Assembly (NCBI GenBank): GCA_035402805.1
Contig: DAONDY010000002.1
Coordinates: 149,963-213,962 of the forward strand
Source: Candidatus Woesebacteria bacterium
Lineage (GTDB): Bacteria; Patescibacteriota; Microgenomatia; UBA12405
Direction of reading: 5' to 3'
Length of the DNA stretch: 64,000 nucleotides
The notes under the pieces were generated by a model. It was not told the DNA's origin, did no database searches, and was given only the letters and a program-made list of their open reading frames with translations. Both the position numbers and the translations under genes were made by a program. Of the stretch, positions 55,402 to 64,000 are shown piece after piece (position 1 is the first letter of the stretch; each line of letters starts with the position of its first letter).

Positions 55402-56247
55402 ATGAATAATTTAGAAAATAAAAAGTTTTACGACATAAATAAAAATGATTTAAGTGAAGTGGCGGGGGCTTTTTTAGAAGAGGGAACAAGTGATGATTTA
55501 AGAAAAAGAATAAATATTTCTGATCTTTATCCAGAAAGTAAAATTGAAAAGGATAATTGGGAATATAACGAACACTCTGAAGAAGAAAGAGAGGCGACAA
55601 TTAATATTTTTGAACTAGGGAAAAAGGGTTATAATTTGGTTATTTGGATAAGTCCTGATGATGGGGGAAAAGTTTATAAAGAGGGAAGATTGAATATGGA
55701 ATTTCCTATTTTTGGGGAAAGAGAATGGGCAATTTATGGAAGACATATGCCATTACTTTGTGATGAAAAGGAGTCTTTTGAATTGGCAAAAAGATTATTA
55801 GACAACAATGGTTTTTCACTTAGAGAAATTAACTGCAAAGAAGATGTTAGAACTCAACCAATAGCTTTTAAAATAGAGGAAGTTGATGATTGGATAAAAA
55901 AATGCAGGGAATTAATGCCGGAGTTTTCAGAAATTTGGGATTTTGTTGAACAGGGGAAAGATGTAGAAAATAAAATAAAAATGGAAAAAGATGTGAGAAT
56001 GGCAATGAAAATGGCAGAAGGTGATAACTATTTATTTGAAAGTATTATGGCTAGAATGGGAAATGAAATTAATGCTGAGGGTGGCCATGGTAGTTCTTGG
56101 GGTGGAGTAGATAGTGATAGGGGTATGATTATTTCGGTTAATTCTAGTGGAGAAATCTCTTATCAAATGGGAAGCACAGAAGGATTAACTTTTTGTAAAA
56201 AATGTGGTTGCTGGTATTCTGGTGACAAATGTCCATTGTGTGGTTGA
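55402..56247 (+). CDS. Uncharacterised soluble acidic protein with C-terminal CxxC-x8-CxxC zinc ribbon
   Basis: Long ORF with no TM segment; WISP..G..Y.EGR; ends CKKCGCWYSGDKCPLCG. Confidence 0.8.
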   Translation: MNNLENKKFYDINKNDLSEVAGAFLEEGTSDDLRKRINISDLYPESKIEKDNWEYNEHSEEEREATINIFELGKKGYNLVIWISPDDGGKVYKEGRLNMEFPIFGEREWAIYGRHMPLLCDEKESFELAKRLLDNNGFSLREINCKEDVRTQPIAFKIEEVDDWIKKCRELMPEFSEIWDFVEQGKDVENKIKMEKDVRMAMKMAEGDNYLFESIMARMGNEINAEGGHGSSWGGVDSDRGMIISVNSSGEISYQMGSTEGLTFCKKCGCWYSGDKCPLCG

Positions 56248-56361
56248 TATATTTTGATATACAAAAAGATGTCTTTTGATCTATTTATTTGACCCAGTTT
56301 GTTTAATTGATTAAAAGTTAGGAGTAGTTTAACCTGTCTTAGATTATAAATTCTATGCAAA

Positions 56362-57093
56362 ATGGCAAAGCAGGAAAAATTAAAAGTTAAATTATTGAGT
56401 TATACGGTAAATCCAGAGCAAAATATTGTGGCGGCTATTAGACAATGTTATGCGGCAATAGGAGCAAAAGAATTAAAAGAAAAAACAAATAAAGAAACGA
56501 GAGAAAGATTAATAAAACAAGTGATAGCATCTGGTCACACATCTACTTTGGAGCATGCCAGTTTTACTTTTGCTGTTGAAGGAATTAGTAGAGTGACGGA
56601 AATTCAATTAATTAGACATAGAATTGGTTGTTCTTATTCGATTCAGTCAGGTAGATATGTTAAAAGAAATGAAGCTTCTTATGTGATTCCACCGGCAATA
56701 TTAAATAGTGATAAGAATGTTTTGAAAAAAGTAAAAAAACATTTTGAAAATGCTCAAAAACTTTACAGTGAATTAATTGATTTAGGAATTAAGGCGGAAG
56801 ATGCTAGATATTGTCAACCGCAGGCATTAAAAACTAAGATGGTGGTGACAATGGATGCCAGAGCTTTACTTCATTTTCTTACTTTAAGATGTTGTCGAAG
56901 AGCTCAATGGGAAATTCAGTTATTGGCTAACGAAATGTTGAAATTGGTAAAGAAAAAGGCACCAATTTTATTTGAAAATACAGGTCCGAGCTGTGTGTCA
57001 CAAGGAATATGTTTTGAAGGAGATATGAGCTGCGGACTTTGGAAAACGATTAAAGGAGCAGAATTAAAAAAGAGGATAAAAGAAAATGAATAA
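56362..57093 (+). CDS. thyX: FAD-dependent thymidylate synthase
   Basis: GH.S.LEH, RHR..CSYSIQSGRY, EDARY, LR...RAQWEI. Confidence 0.95.
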   Translation: MAKQEKLKVKLLSYTVNPEQNIVAAIRQCYAAIGAKELKEKTNKETRERLIKQVIASGHTSTLEHASFTFAVEGISRVTEIQLIRHRIGCSYSIQSGRYVKRNEASYVIPPAILNSDKNVLKKVKKHFENAQKLYSELIDLGIKAEDARYCQPQALKTKMVVTMDARALLHFLTLRCCRRAQWEIQLLANEMLKLVKKKAPILFENTGPSCVSQGICFEGDMSCGLWKTIKGAELKKRIKENE

Positions 57094-57787
57094 TAAAGGT
57101 AAATTTATTGTAATTGATGGAATTGATGGAGCTGGAAAAGGAACGCAGACAGAATTGTTAGTTGAAAGACTCAAAAAAGAAAATAGGGAAGTGGTAGTGG
57201 ATGATTATCCCCATTATGAAACTAGCTTTTGGGGAAAACATGTCGGTAGGATGTTAACTGGGGAGTTTGGAGAGCTTTTTAGTATTAATCCATATTTAGC
57301 CGTATTACCTTATATGTTAGACGAGGAAGATGGAAGTCGAAAAATAATTAGGCCGGCTTTAGAAAGTGGAAAAATAGTAATATCAAATCGATATTTTACT
57401 TCTAATGTTCATCAAATTGCTAAAAGGCCGGAGGGTGAAAGAGAAATTTATGCTAATTGGTTGTGGGAGGCTGGATATAACCAAATGGGAATTATAAAAC
57501 CAGATTTAATTATAGTTTTATTAGTGGATCCTTTGATTTGTAAAGAAAATATTTTAAAAAAGGCAGAAAGAAATTATACAAAAGGAAAGGGAATGGACCA
57601 GGCGGAAGAAAATTTTAATCACCAAATGGAATCAGCAAAAGAGTATCAAAAAATGGCAGAAAAAGAGCCAGAAAGATGGGTATTAATAGACTGTTGTAGA
57701 GATGGTAAATTATTATCAAGGGAAGAAATAAATAATATTCTTTTTGAAGAAATTAAAAAAAGGAATTTATTAGGAGAAGATCTTTAA
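57086..57787 (+). CDS. tmk: Thymidylate kinase
   Basis: FIVIDGIDGAGKGTQ, SNRY, PD; between thyX and glyA. Confidence 0.88.
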   Translation: MNNKGKFIVIDGIDGAGKGTQTELLVERLKKENREVVVDDYPHYETSFWGKHVGRMLTGEFGELFSINPYLAVLPYMLDEEDGSRKIIRPALESGKIVISNRYFTSNVHQIAKRPEGEREIYANWLWEAGYNQMGIIKPDLIIVLLVDPLICKENILKKAERNYTKGKGMDQAEENFNHQMESAKEYQKMAEKEPERWVLIDCCRDGKLLSREEINNILFEEIKKRNLLGEDL

Positions 57788-57824
57788 ATGAGAGGAACAA
57801 GGTAATTTGTTGTAAAATCACTTT

Positions 57825-58982
57825 ATGATAGATGAACAAGTTAGAGACTTAATTAAAAAAGAAGAAGAAAGACAAGAGAAATTAGTTCACTTAATTCCCA
57901 GTGAAAACTTTGCCTCTGATGAAGTTAGAATGGCGTTGGGAAGCTGTTTAACTAATAAATATGCCGAGGGTTATCCTGGCAGAAGATATTATCAGGGCAA
58001 CGAATTTATAGATCAAATCGAAAATTTGGCTATTGAGAGGGGTAAAAAGGTGTTGGGAGTGGAACATTTAAATGTTCAGCCATATTCTGGAAGTCCAGCT
58101 AATAGTGCTGTTCAAATGGCATTATTGGAACAAGGGGATAAAATTTGTGGATTGAAATTATCGGCTGGCGGACATTTAACTCATGGTCATCCAAAAATTA
58201 CTTTTTCAGGAAAATTTTTTGAAAGTGTGCAGTATGATGTGGAAGAAGATGGACGAATTGATTATGATAAGTTGGAAAAATTGGTTTTAGAAGAAAAACC
58301 GAAAATGATTATAGCCGGGACTACGGCTTATCCTTATATTTTAGATTTCAAAAGATTTGGGGAAATTGCTGATAAAGTTGGAGCTTGGTTGGTGGCGGAT
58401 ATTTCTCATATTGCTGGGCTAGTGGTTGGCGGAGTTCATCCGAGTCCAAATGAATATGTTCATGTTATTACTTCTACAACTCATAAAAGTTTAAGAGGTC
58501 CACGGGGGGCAGTGATTGGAATTACTAAAAAAGGAATGGAAAAAGATGTTGATTTGGCTAAAAAAATTGATCGAGCCGTTTTTCCAGGTTTACAAGGCGG
58601 TCCACACGAAAATCAAATAGCTGCTTTGGCGGTAGCTTTTAAAGAATGTGATACGCCAGAATTTAAGGATTATGCGGCTCAGATTGTTAAAAATGCTAAA
58701 GTTTTAGCTGAAACTTTACGAAAAAATGGGTTAAAAGTTTTTGGGACGGAAAATCATTTAATGGTGGTGGAGGTGGGTTTTGAAAAAGGCAAAGATGCGG
58801 CAGTAAAATTGGAAGAAAATGGGATTGTGGTTAATGCTAATACAATTCCTCATGATACAGCTGGTCCCTTTAGACCATCTGGAATTAGAATTGGAACTCC
58901 AGCCATGACAACCAGAGGGTGGAAAGAAAAAGAATTCGAGGAATTAGGAAATAAAATTGCAGGGATAATAAAGAATTTATAA
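57825..58982 (+). CDS. glyA: Serine hydroxymethyltransferase
   Basis: LIPSEN, NKYAEGYPGRRYY, GGHLTHG, TTHKSLRGPRG, FPG.QGGP, SGIRIGT.A.T.RG. Confidence 0.98.
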   Translation: MIDEQVRDLIKKEEERQEKLVHLIPSENFASDEVRMALGSCLTNKYAEGYPGRRYYQGNEFIDQIENLAIERGKKVLGVEHLNVQPYSGSPANSAVQMALLEQGDKICGLKLSAGGHLTHGHPKITFSGKFFESVQYDVEEDGRIDYDKLEKLVLEEKPKMIIAGTTAYPYILDFKRFGEIADKVGAWLVADISHIAGLVVGGVHPSPNEYVHVITSTTHKSLRGPRGAVIGITKKGMEKDVDLAKKIDRAVFPGLQGGPHENQIAALAVAFKECDTPEFKDYAAQIVKNAKVLAETLRKNGLKVFGTENHLMVVEVGFEKGKDAAVKLEENGIVVNANTIPHDTAGPFRPSGIRIGTPAMTTRGWKEKEFEELGNKIAGIIKNL

Positions 58983-59073
58983 ATTTTAAATTCTCGTTAC
59001 AAATTTTTTATGTCTGGTGAATGTGCGGTGCACGTTCAAGGCCATAAAAAATTGCAACTTCGGATTTAAAATT
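58982..59073. repeat. Dispersed hairpin, family B copy 3
   Basis: CTCGTTACAAATTTTTTATGTCTGGTGAATGTGC-GGT-GCACGTTCAAGGCCATAAAAAATTGCAACTTCG. Confidence 0.85.
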
Positions 59074-59092
59074 ACGTCTGTGAACTCTAAGT

Positions 59093-59347
59093 TTATTTCT
59101 TATCTTTCTTGAATTTTTTGTTTAGGAAAGCAAGAATCTTGCCATTGTCGATGTCCCAGCGATTAAGGAAGAAAATGTAGATTATTTCGAAGATACCTAT
59201 GGTGTTGACGTTTAGTAAGAGGATAAACCAAATGAGCTGTCTTTTATTGGCAGATTTCCAAAGAGCAAGACCTTTCCAGACTAGAGTCCAGATTAAAAGA
59301 GGAAGATAAAACTGAGGTTGGCTTAGAAAGGAAAGAATATTATTCAT
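59093..59347 (-). CDS. DUF5652-like small membrane protein
   Basis: WTLVWKGLALWKSA...Q..WF..LL.VNT.GI.EIIY. Confidence 0.8.
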   Translation of the reverse strand: MNNILSFLSQPQFYLPLLIWTLVWKGLALWKSANKRQLIWFILLLNVNTIGIFEIIYIFFLNRWDIDNGKILAFLNKKFKKDKK

Positions 59348-59368
59348 AATTAATTGATTATAGCAGAA

Positions 59369-61981
59369 TTATTTTTTGTTTGATCTAAATATAAAAATAA
59401 ATGCAGGAATTAAAAGGATGAAACCGAGAAATTCAAAGATTTGTGGCCAGAAGAAAAGATAAACAGTAGTTGGGTTGTTGGAGGGGATTTGCCAACCATT
59501 GGCCCAGTTATTGACTAAGGTATGGTTTTTTAAAAAGACTGGTTTAAAACCTTGAAAATAAAAGGCAATCCAACCTTTATGAAAAGATTGAGGGAGAACT
59601 AAATATTTATTGTTAGTTTGATTGAATTTTACTTTATAATAAAAAATATTTGATTTTGCAGACAAATAATTGTTATTGGGTGACTGATAATCATTAATTA
59701 GAGAAATATTATTTTGATAAGGATAAATTTCTGGATTTTTAATATCATTTATTGATAGATTTTGATTAAAACTGGGATTATCAAAAAGAACAGTTAACCC
59801 GGTGTCAAATGAGAAGTTTTCCATTTTAGGAATTAAGAACCAACTGGTTTGCCATTCGTCAGATTTTTTTAATTGGTTTTTGAAAAAATAATAGCGGTTA
59901 AGATTATCAAAAGCAGAAATGATGGGAGTTTGACCTTTAGTATTTCTAGATTCTATTTTTAATAAATAATCTTGATCAAATTTTATGTCAGGGAAGTTAA
60001 ATCCTAAAAGGTTGTGGGAAAATTTATTTTCGAAATGGAAATATAGTTGATTAGAGGTAATAACTTTGGTAGTTTTGTTTTCGGTCAGTGCTCCATGTTC
60101 TAAAGAATATATAACAGAAGATGAATCTGGTAGTTGTTTTGGATAAAAATTTGGATCGAAACTACTGATAGGATATTCTTCTTCGATATTGTTAGTGGTA
60201 TAAACTTGGCTAGGTCTAATATTTTGATAAATATAGATGGAACCAATATTTTTAACTAGTTTAAGATTGTCGATTTGATTTAATAGTTCGAATTGAGTAG
60301 AACTAAGTTTTGCATAGGTTAGTTCGTCGGTAAAATAAATATTTCGATCAAAAATTACATATTCAATTGAGTATTTATCAATAATTTTATTTAAAGCCTG
60401 AGGATTTTTTTGTTGAATAGCGGTGTTTAATTCCCAATAATATTTTTCATTTTTGAGACTCCAAACATCAAAGGCTCTATCTAAAATTGGTTGTTTTAAT
60501 CCATACCAGAGAAAACCAGAGCCTTTAACCCCCCAACGATAAGTGGTCCAACCCCAAAAAGAACCTTGGGGAAGATTCATAATTCGGGCGGTTGGAGAAA
60601 TTTGGTTAAAATATTTAATCAACTCTAAATAATCATTGGGAATATTTTGTTTAATTAGAGGAGAAAAAAATTGACCTTGGAAAACAGGAAAAATAAATTT
60701 GAATAAAGAAAAAATAAAAAATAGACTTAATATAGCTTTAGAAAAGCTAGGGGAGTATTTTATTTTTTTGAAAAAATTAAAAGAACTCTCTAATCCAAAA
60801 GCAATAAAAACAGAAAAAACAAAAGCAGTGGGGACAAAAAATTTAGTCCAAGGAGATCGAAATATTTGATTTAAAACAGGAATTTGACGAATAAAATAAT
60901 TTATTTGAGAAAAAACAGGAGTAGCGGAAAGTAAAGCAATTGAAGATAATAAGAAAATTAAAACGAGAGAAATTTTTATGGGTGATTTTTTAAGTTTAGA
61001 AATGAAATAAATTAGACCAATAATGACAAAAATGGAAACTAAATAGCCACAAATAAGGTTGTATTTATTGGAAAAGTAAACATTCCATGATGGGAAAAGA
61101 GTATCGTAATTGTTAGGGAAATCAACATAATAGTTTCTTAATATTAAGAAGTCGCCGATAGTACCACGATTTTGGTTACGGTCAAAGGTTTCTTGATTGG
61201 CCATGTAGTTGCCAAAACTTTGAATGGTGTTATTAAGATCATTTTTGAAATAATAGGCCAGTGGTAATAACCAAAAAGAATTAATAAGGATTAGATTTAT
61301 AAGAAAAACAAAATGAACTTTGAGAGTAGTTTTATTAAAATTAGAAATTAAATTGGAAATTAAAATAATTAAACAACAGATAAAATAAACTATAAAAATT
61401 GTTTGGACATAGAAACTAGGAATGGCCAGAAGATTTATTAAAATTAAATATACTAGATTTTTACGGTTTGGAGTTTTTAAATAATTCCAGAGAAGAAAAA
61501 AGAGAGCTGGAAAAAATCCCCAAAAAGTAGCAAATGGTTCAAAAGTTACCCAAAAATATTGAACGGTGCCAAAGTTAAGGAGATAAAAAAGAGAAGCAAG
61601 AAGGCTGGAATTTTTGGAAAGGTTAAAAATTTTTTTAAGGCCGATATTAAGGCTAAAAGTACCTAAAGTTAGCATTAAAAATTGCCAAAGATAACGAATT
61701 AGATTGGTTGGTAAAATAAGAGTGAAAGGCAAGATAATCAATTGTCTAATTAGTTCAGTGGCGTGTCCCATACCGCCAACCAATCCGAGACCTTGATATT
61801 CCTGCCAAACAGCCAAAAGGGATCTTTTTAGATTAAGCCAAATGTTTAATTCTGGTAAAAGATTATCCCAACCAACGAGCCAGGTGTGAGGAGAAAAATT
61901 TTGACAGAATAAAATTAAAAGCACTGAAGCTAAAATAATTTTATCGAAGTGGCTTTTAAACTTTGATATTAAAACCATCAA
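59369..61981 (-). CDS. Large polytopic membrane protein, GT-C-like glycosyltransferase
   Basis: GWDNL.PE loop after TM1, about 12 TM helices, FRSPWTKF, extracellular domain ending SFH.GW...VNNWANGW + TM. Confidence 0.65.
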   Translation of the reverse strand: MMVLISKFKSHFDKIILASVLLILFCQNFSPHTWLVGWDNLLPELNIWLNLKRSLLAVWQEYQGLGLVGGMGHATELIRQLIILPFTLILPTNLIRYLWQFLMLTLGTFSLNIGLKKIFNLSKNSSLLASLFYLLNFGTVQYFWVTFEPFATFWGFFPALFFLLWNYLKTPNRKNLVYLILINLLAIPSFYVQTIFIVYFICCLIILISNLISNFNKTTLKVHFVFLINLILINSFWLLPLAYYFKNDLNNTIQSFGNYMANQETFDRNQNRGTIGDFLILRNYYVDFPNNYDTLFPSWNVYFSNKYNLICGYLVSIFVIIGLIYFISKLKKSPIKISLVLIFLLSSIALLSATPVFSQINYFIRQIPVLNQIFRSPWTKFFVPTAFVFSVFIAFGLESSFNFFKKIKYSPSFSKAILSLFFIFSLFKFIFPVFQGQFFSPLIKQNIPNDYLELIKYFNQISPTARIMNLPQGSFWGWTTYRWGVKGSGFLWYGLKQPILDRAFDVWSLKNEKYYWELNTAIQQKNPQALNKIIDKYSIEYVIFDRNIYFTDELTYAKLSSTQFELLNQIDNLKLVKNIGSIYIYQNIRPSQVYTTNNIEEEYPISSFDPNFYPKQLPDSSSVIYSLEHGALTENKTTKVITSNQLYFHFENKFSHNLLGFNFPDIKFDQDYLLKIESRNTKGQTPIISAFDNLNRYYFFKNQLKKSDEWQTSWFLIPKMENFSFDTGLTVLFDNPSFNQNLSINDIKNPEIYPYQNNISLINDYQSPNNNYLSAKSNIFYYKVKFNQTNNKYLVLPQSFHKGWIAFYFQGFKPVFLKNHTLVNNWANGWQIPSNNPTTVYLFFWPQIFEFLGFILLIPAFIFIFRSNKK

Positions 61982-61986
61982 TTAAA

Positions 61987-62856
61987 TTATACTTGAGCTT
62001 GAGCAAAAGTCCCAACAGTAAGACCGTTAGGTTTTTTGATGCCACGAATACGATACCAGATTTCGTTAATAAGATGGTTAGGGATTAAACTAACAACAGT
62101 AATTTGCATTAAATTTAAAGCGATAGCTTTTAAACTTGGTCTAAAACCAAGATTTAATGCAGCAAAACGGCTTTTGATGGTTAATTTAAAAGTAGCTTTG
62201 GGATTTTTATGAGAAAGGCTGCCATTTAAATGACGATAGAAAAGTAAATTGTCTTCAAGGTTGGCAATTTGACCGTGAAGCATAAATCTAAACATTAAAT
62301 TAATTTCTTCAGCCGATGATTGAATTGGTTTGTACCAGATAAAATTTTTAGGTAATTTAGAAAGATTGACCATCATTGATGGTTGTTGCATAGGAATAGC
62401 CCAAAAAATCATATCTTTAAGTTTTTCGGCTTGAGTAGGAAAATTTTTATTACCGATAATATTATTAAATTCATCAATAACAACACATTGACCACCAACA
62501 GCGACAACTTGATAATTTTTCTTTAAAAACTGAATTTGTTTTTCAAGACGATTGGCAAAAGAAATGTCATCAGCATCCATACGGGCTAAAAATTTACCAC
62601 GAGCTTTGGAAATAGCAATATTGGAAGTTAAGCTAACTCCTAAATTAATTTGATTTTTAATAGCAATAATACGAGAATCTTTTTTGGCAAATGATTTGAT
62701 TATTTTCCAAGAATCGTCGGTAGAAGCGTCGTCAACAATGATAAATTCGAAATTAGAAAAAGTCTGATTTAAAATACTTTCAATGGCTTGATCAAGATAA
62801 GGGGAAGCGTTGAAAACAGGCATGTAGATGGTGATAAGTGGTTTAATATTTTTCAT
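61987..62856 (-). CDS. Family 2 glycosyltransferase
   Basis: MPVFN, IES.LNQT, VDDASTD, ARMDADD, RL.KQ. Confidence 0.95.
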   Translation of the reverse strand: MKNIKPLITIYMPVFNASPYLDQAIESILNQTFSNFEFIIVDDASTDDSWKIIKSFAKKDSRIIAIKNQINLGVSLTSNIAISKARGKFLARMDADDISFANRLEKQIQFLKKNYQVVAVGGQCVVIDEFNNIIGNKNFPTQAEKLKDMIFWAIPMQQPSMMVNLSKLPKNFIWYKPIQSSAEEINLMFRFMLHGQIANLEDNLLFYRHLNGSLSHKNPKATFKLTIKSRFAALNLGFRPSLKAIALNLMQITVVSLIPNHLINEIWYRIRGIKKPNGLTVGTFAQAQV

Positions 62857-63002
62857 TAGTTTTGTTTTTTCCAGTTTCGTCCTTTTGGACTCATCAGTAT
62901 CGACAATATCGATAGACTGGAGTGAGCTGAAAAAATAGAGAAGTAATTTAAAAGCAAAAGTGCTTCAAACTATTCATATTCTTTCAGCTCATCAGCCGTG
63001 AT

Positions 63003-63854
63003 TTATTTGGATTGGGTGGGTGGGGTCAGGGGACCGTAGTCAACTGTGCCATAGGCCCAGTTGTATTGAATTGCTTGACCAAGTCTGAATTCGAACTCGT
63101 TTTGAGCCCATTCGGCTTTTGTTGTTAAGGCAAAGCCATTTTGGATTTGAACAGTATAGATCCCAGGAGCATATGCTCTATAGACACCGCCATTTTTTCC
63201 ATCAACGACTAAGCCGCCAACGATACCAACTTCACCAGTTTTTACTTCAAATGTCCACTTGTATTCGTCATTAGTGCCGGTTTCAGTGTACCAATTTGGG
63301 TGGCCGATTTGTTCTTGCGGAAGATTACCATGCTCGAGAGCAGGATCAACGACAGCAAGAGTTGCGGTGGTTGTGGCTGCGGTGATTGAGACAGTGGTTG
63401 GAGCGGCTTGGGTGGTTTGTGAGGAAAGAGCGATTGTTCCCCAGATGGCAAATGCCAAGACGATAATTCCTAGGCCAGTAAAAAATGTCGCTATTTTAGT
63501 GGGTTTCATCCATGCGTAGTGACCGTTTGTGGCAGCTGCGACAATGAAAAAACCCAGACCAATGATGGCGATGATGGCACCGACCAGGACAACGATTGTC
63601 CAGGCGCCCATGATGAGCGGAAGGACGGTGAGGCTGATGATGCCGACGATGATAGCCAACAGGATTCCGAATGACGGCAACACGAATTTCTTAAACATAA
63701 CGATACCTCCTAGTATCTTTTCTTTTAGATAGATGATTAGATCTCTTAGGTTTTGTCGGTCATATGGTCTCCCACAGTTCCAACAAAACCGGGCCTTTGT
63801 GTTTCTGGTTTCAGAATGACAATAAAGGCATTCTTTAGCTGGTTTCGTAGCCAT
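63003..63854 (-). CDS. Zinc-ribbon + 3-TM + Thr/Ala linker + extracellular domain protein (higher GC; internal second start at 63698)
   Basis: CLYC...CWNCG, three TM helices, TTQAAPTTVSITAATTTAT; AAGGAGG SD. Confidence 0.7.
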   Translation of the reverse strand: MATKPAKECLYCHSETRNTKARFCWNCGRPYDRQNLRDLIIYLKEKILGGIVMFKKFVLPSFGILLAIIVGIISLTVLPLIMGAWTIVVLVGAIIAIIGLGFFIVAAATNGHYAWMKPTKIATFFTGLGIIVLAFAIWGTIALSSQTTQAAPTTVSITAATTTATLAVVDPALEHGNLPQEQIGHPNWYTETGTNDEYKWTFEVKTGEVGIVGGLVVDGKNGGVYRAYAPGIYTVQIQNGFALTTKAEWAQNEFEFRLGQAIQYNWAYGTVDYGPLTPPTQSK

Positions 63855-64000
63855 CCATGTTATCCTCCTTTCCGAAGCGGGCCTACCTTATGGTTTCCCA
63901 TGCTTCTATACAAATCCAAAAATACCTTACGGCAAATCTGGTATCTGAAAACTAAAAATTAGTTTACACATAGCAGACTTGCTTTAGGGTAATAAATCAC

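Noticed and set aside
671-63962. Numerous 60-116 aa ORFs overlapping larger genes or repeats (e.g. 671-916, 1413-1661, 39950-40180, 42719-43069, 54366-54704, 55322-55600)
   Set aside because: Alternate-frame or antisense shadows of well-supported genes, repeats or the riboswitch, with no motifs or start signals.
1-64000. Alternative genetic code (TGA=Gly)
   Set aside because: Conserved genes end at TGA at expected lengths (mreB, leuS, ruvC, ruvA) and have no internal TGA.

Overview
AT-rich bacterial chromosomal segment using the standard genetic code (TGA acts as stop). Gene content and protein style point to a Patescibacteria/CPR organism, probably Microgenomates/Shapirobacteria-like (inference). 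Core genes: ppdK, pgi, comEA/split comEC, leuS, M16 peptidase, tRNA-Arg(CCT) and tRNA-Pro(CGG), mreB, murB/murF/alr/ddl, ruvCAB, and secE-nusG-rplK-rplA and rplJ-rplL (with L10 leader). A deoxynucleotide module reads nrdR-nrdJ-pduO-[cobalamin riboswitch]-unknown gene-thyX-tmk-glyA. Surface-protein loci include a LamG/DUF2341 protein, two DUF916/WxL-like clusters, and a wHTH + 2379-aa Kelch/FN3 protein + MacB-type ABC operon. Most notable: (1) a DUF559 endonuclease gene bracketed by inverted copies of a palindromic repeat that also occurs as gene-less doublets elsewhere, a candidate autonomous/non-autonomous mobile system; (2) a very compact cobalamin riboswitch in front of an uncharacterised Zn-ribbon protein next to a B12-dependent RNR; (3) a RAYT with REPs inside its own reading frame; (4) a third dispersed hairpin family; (5) pervasive leaderless and bidirectional promoters; (6) in-frame heptamer micro-insertions. 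All calls were made by eye; no searches were run.
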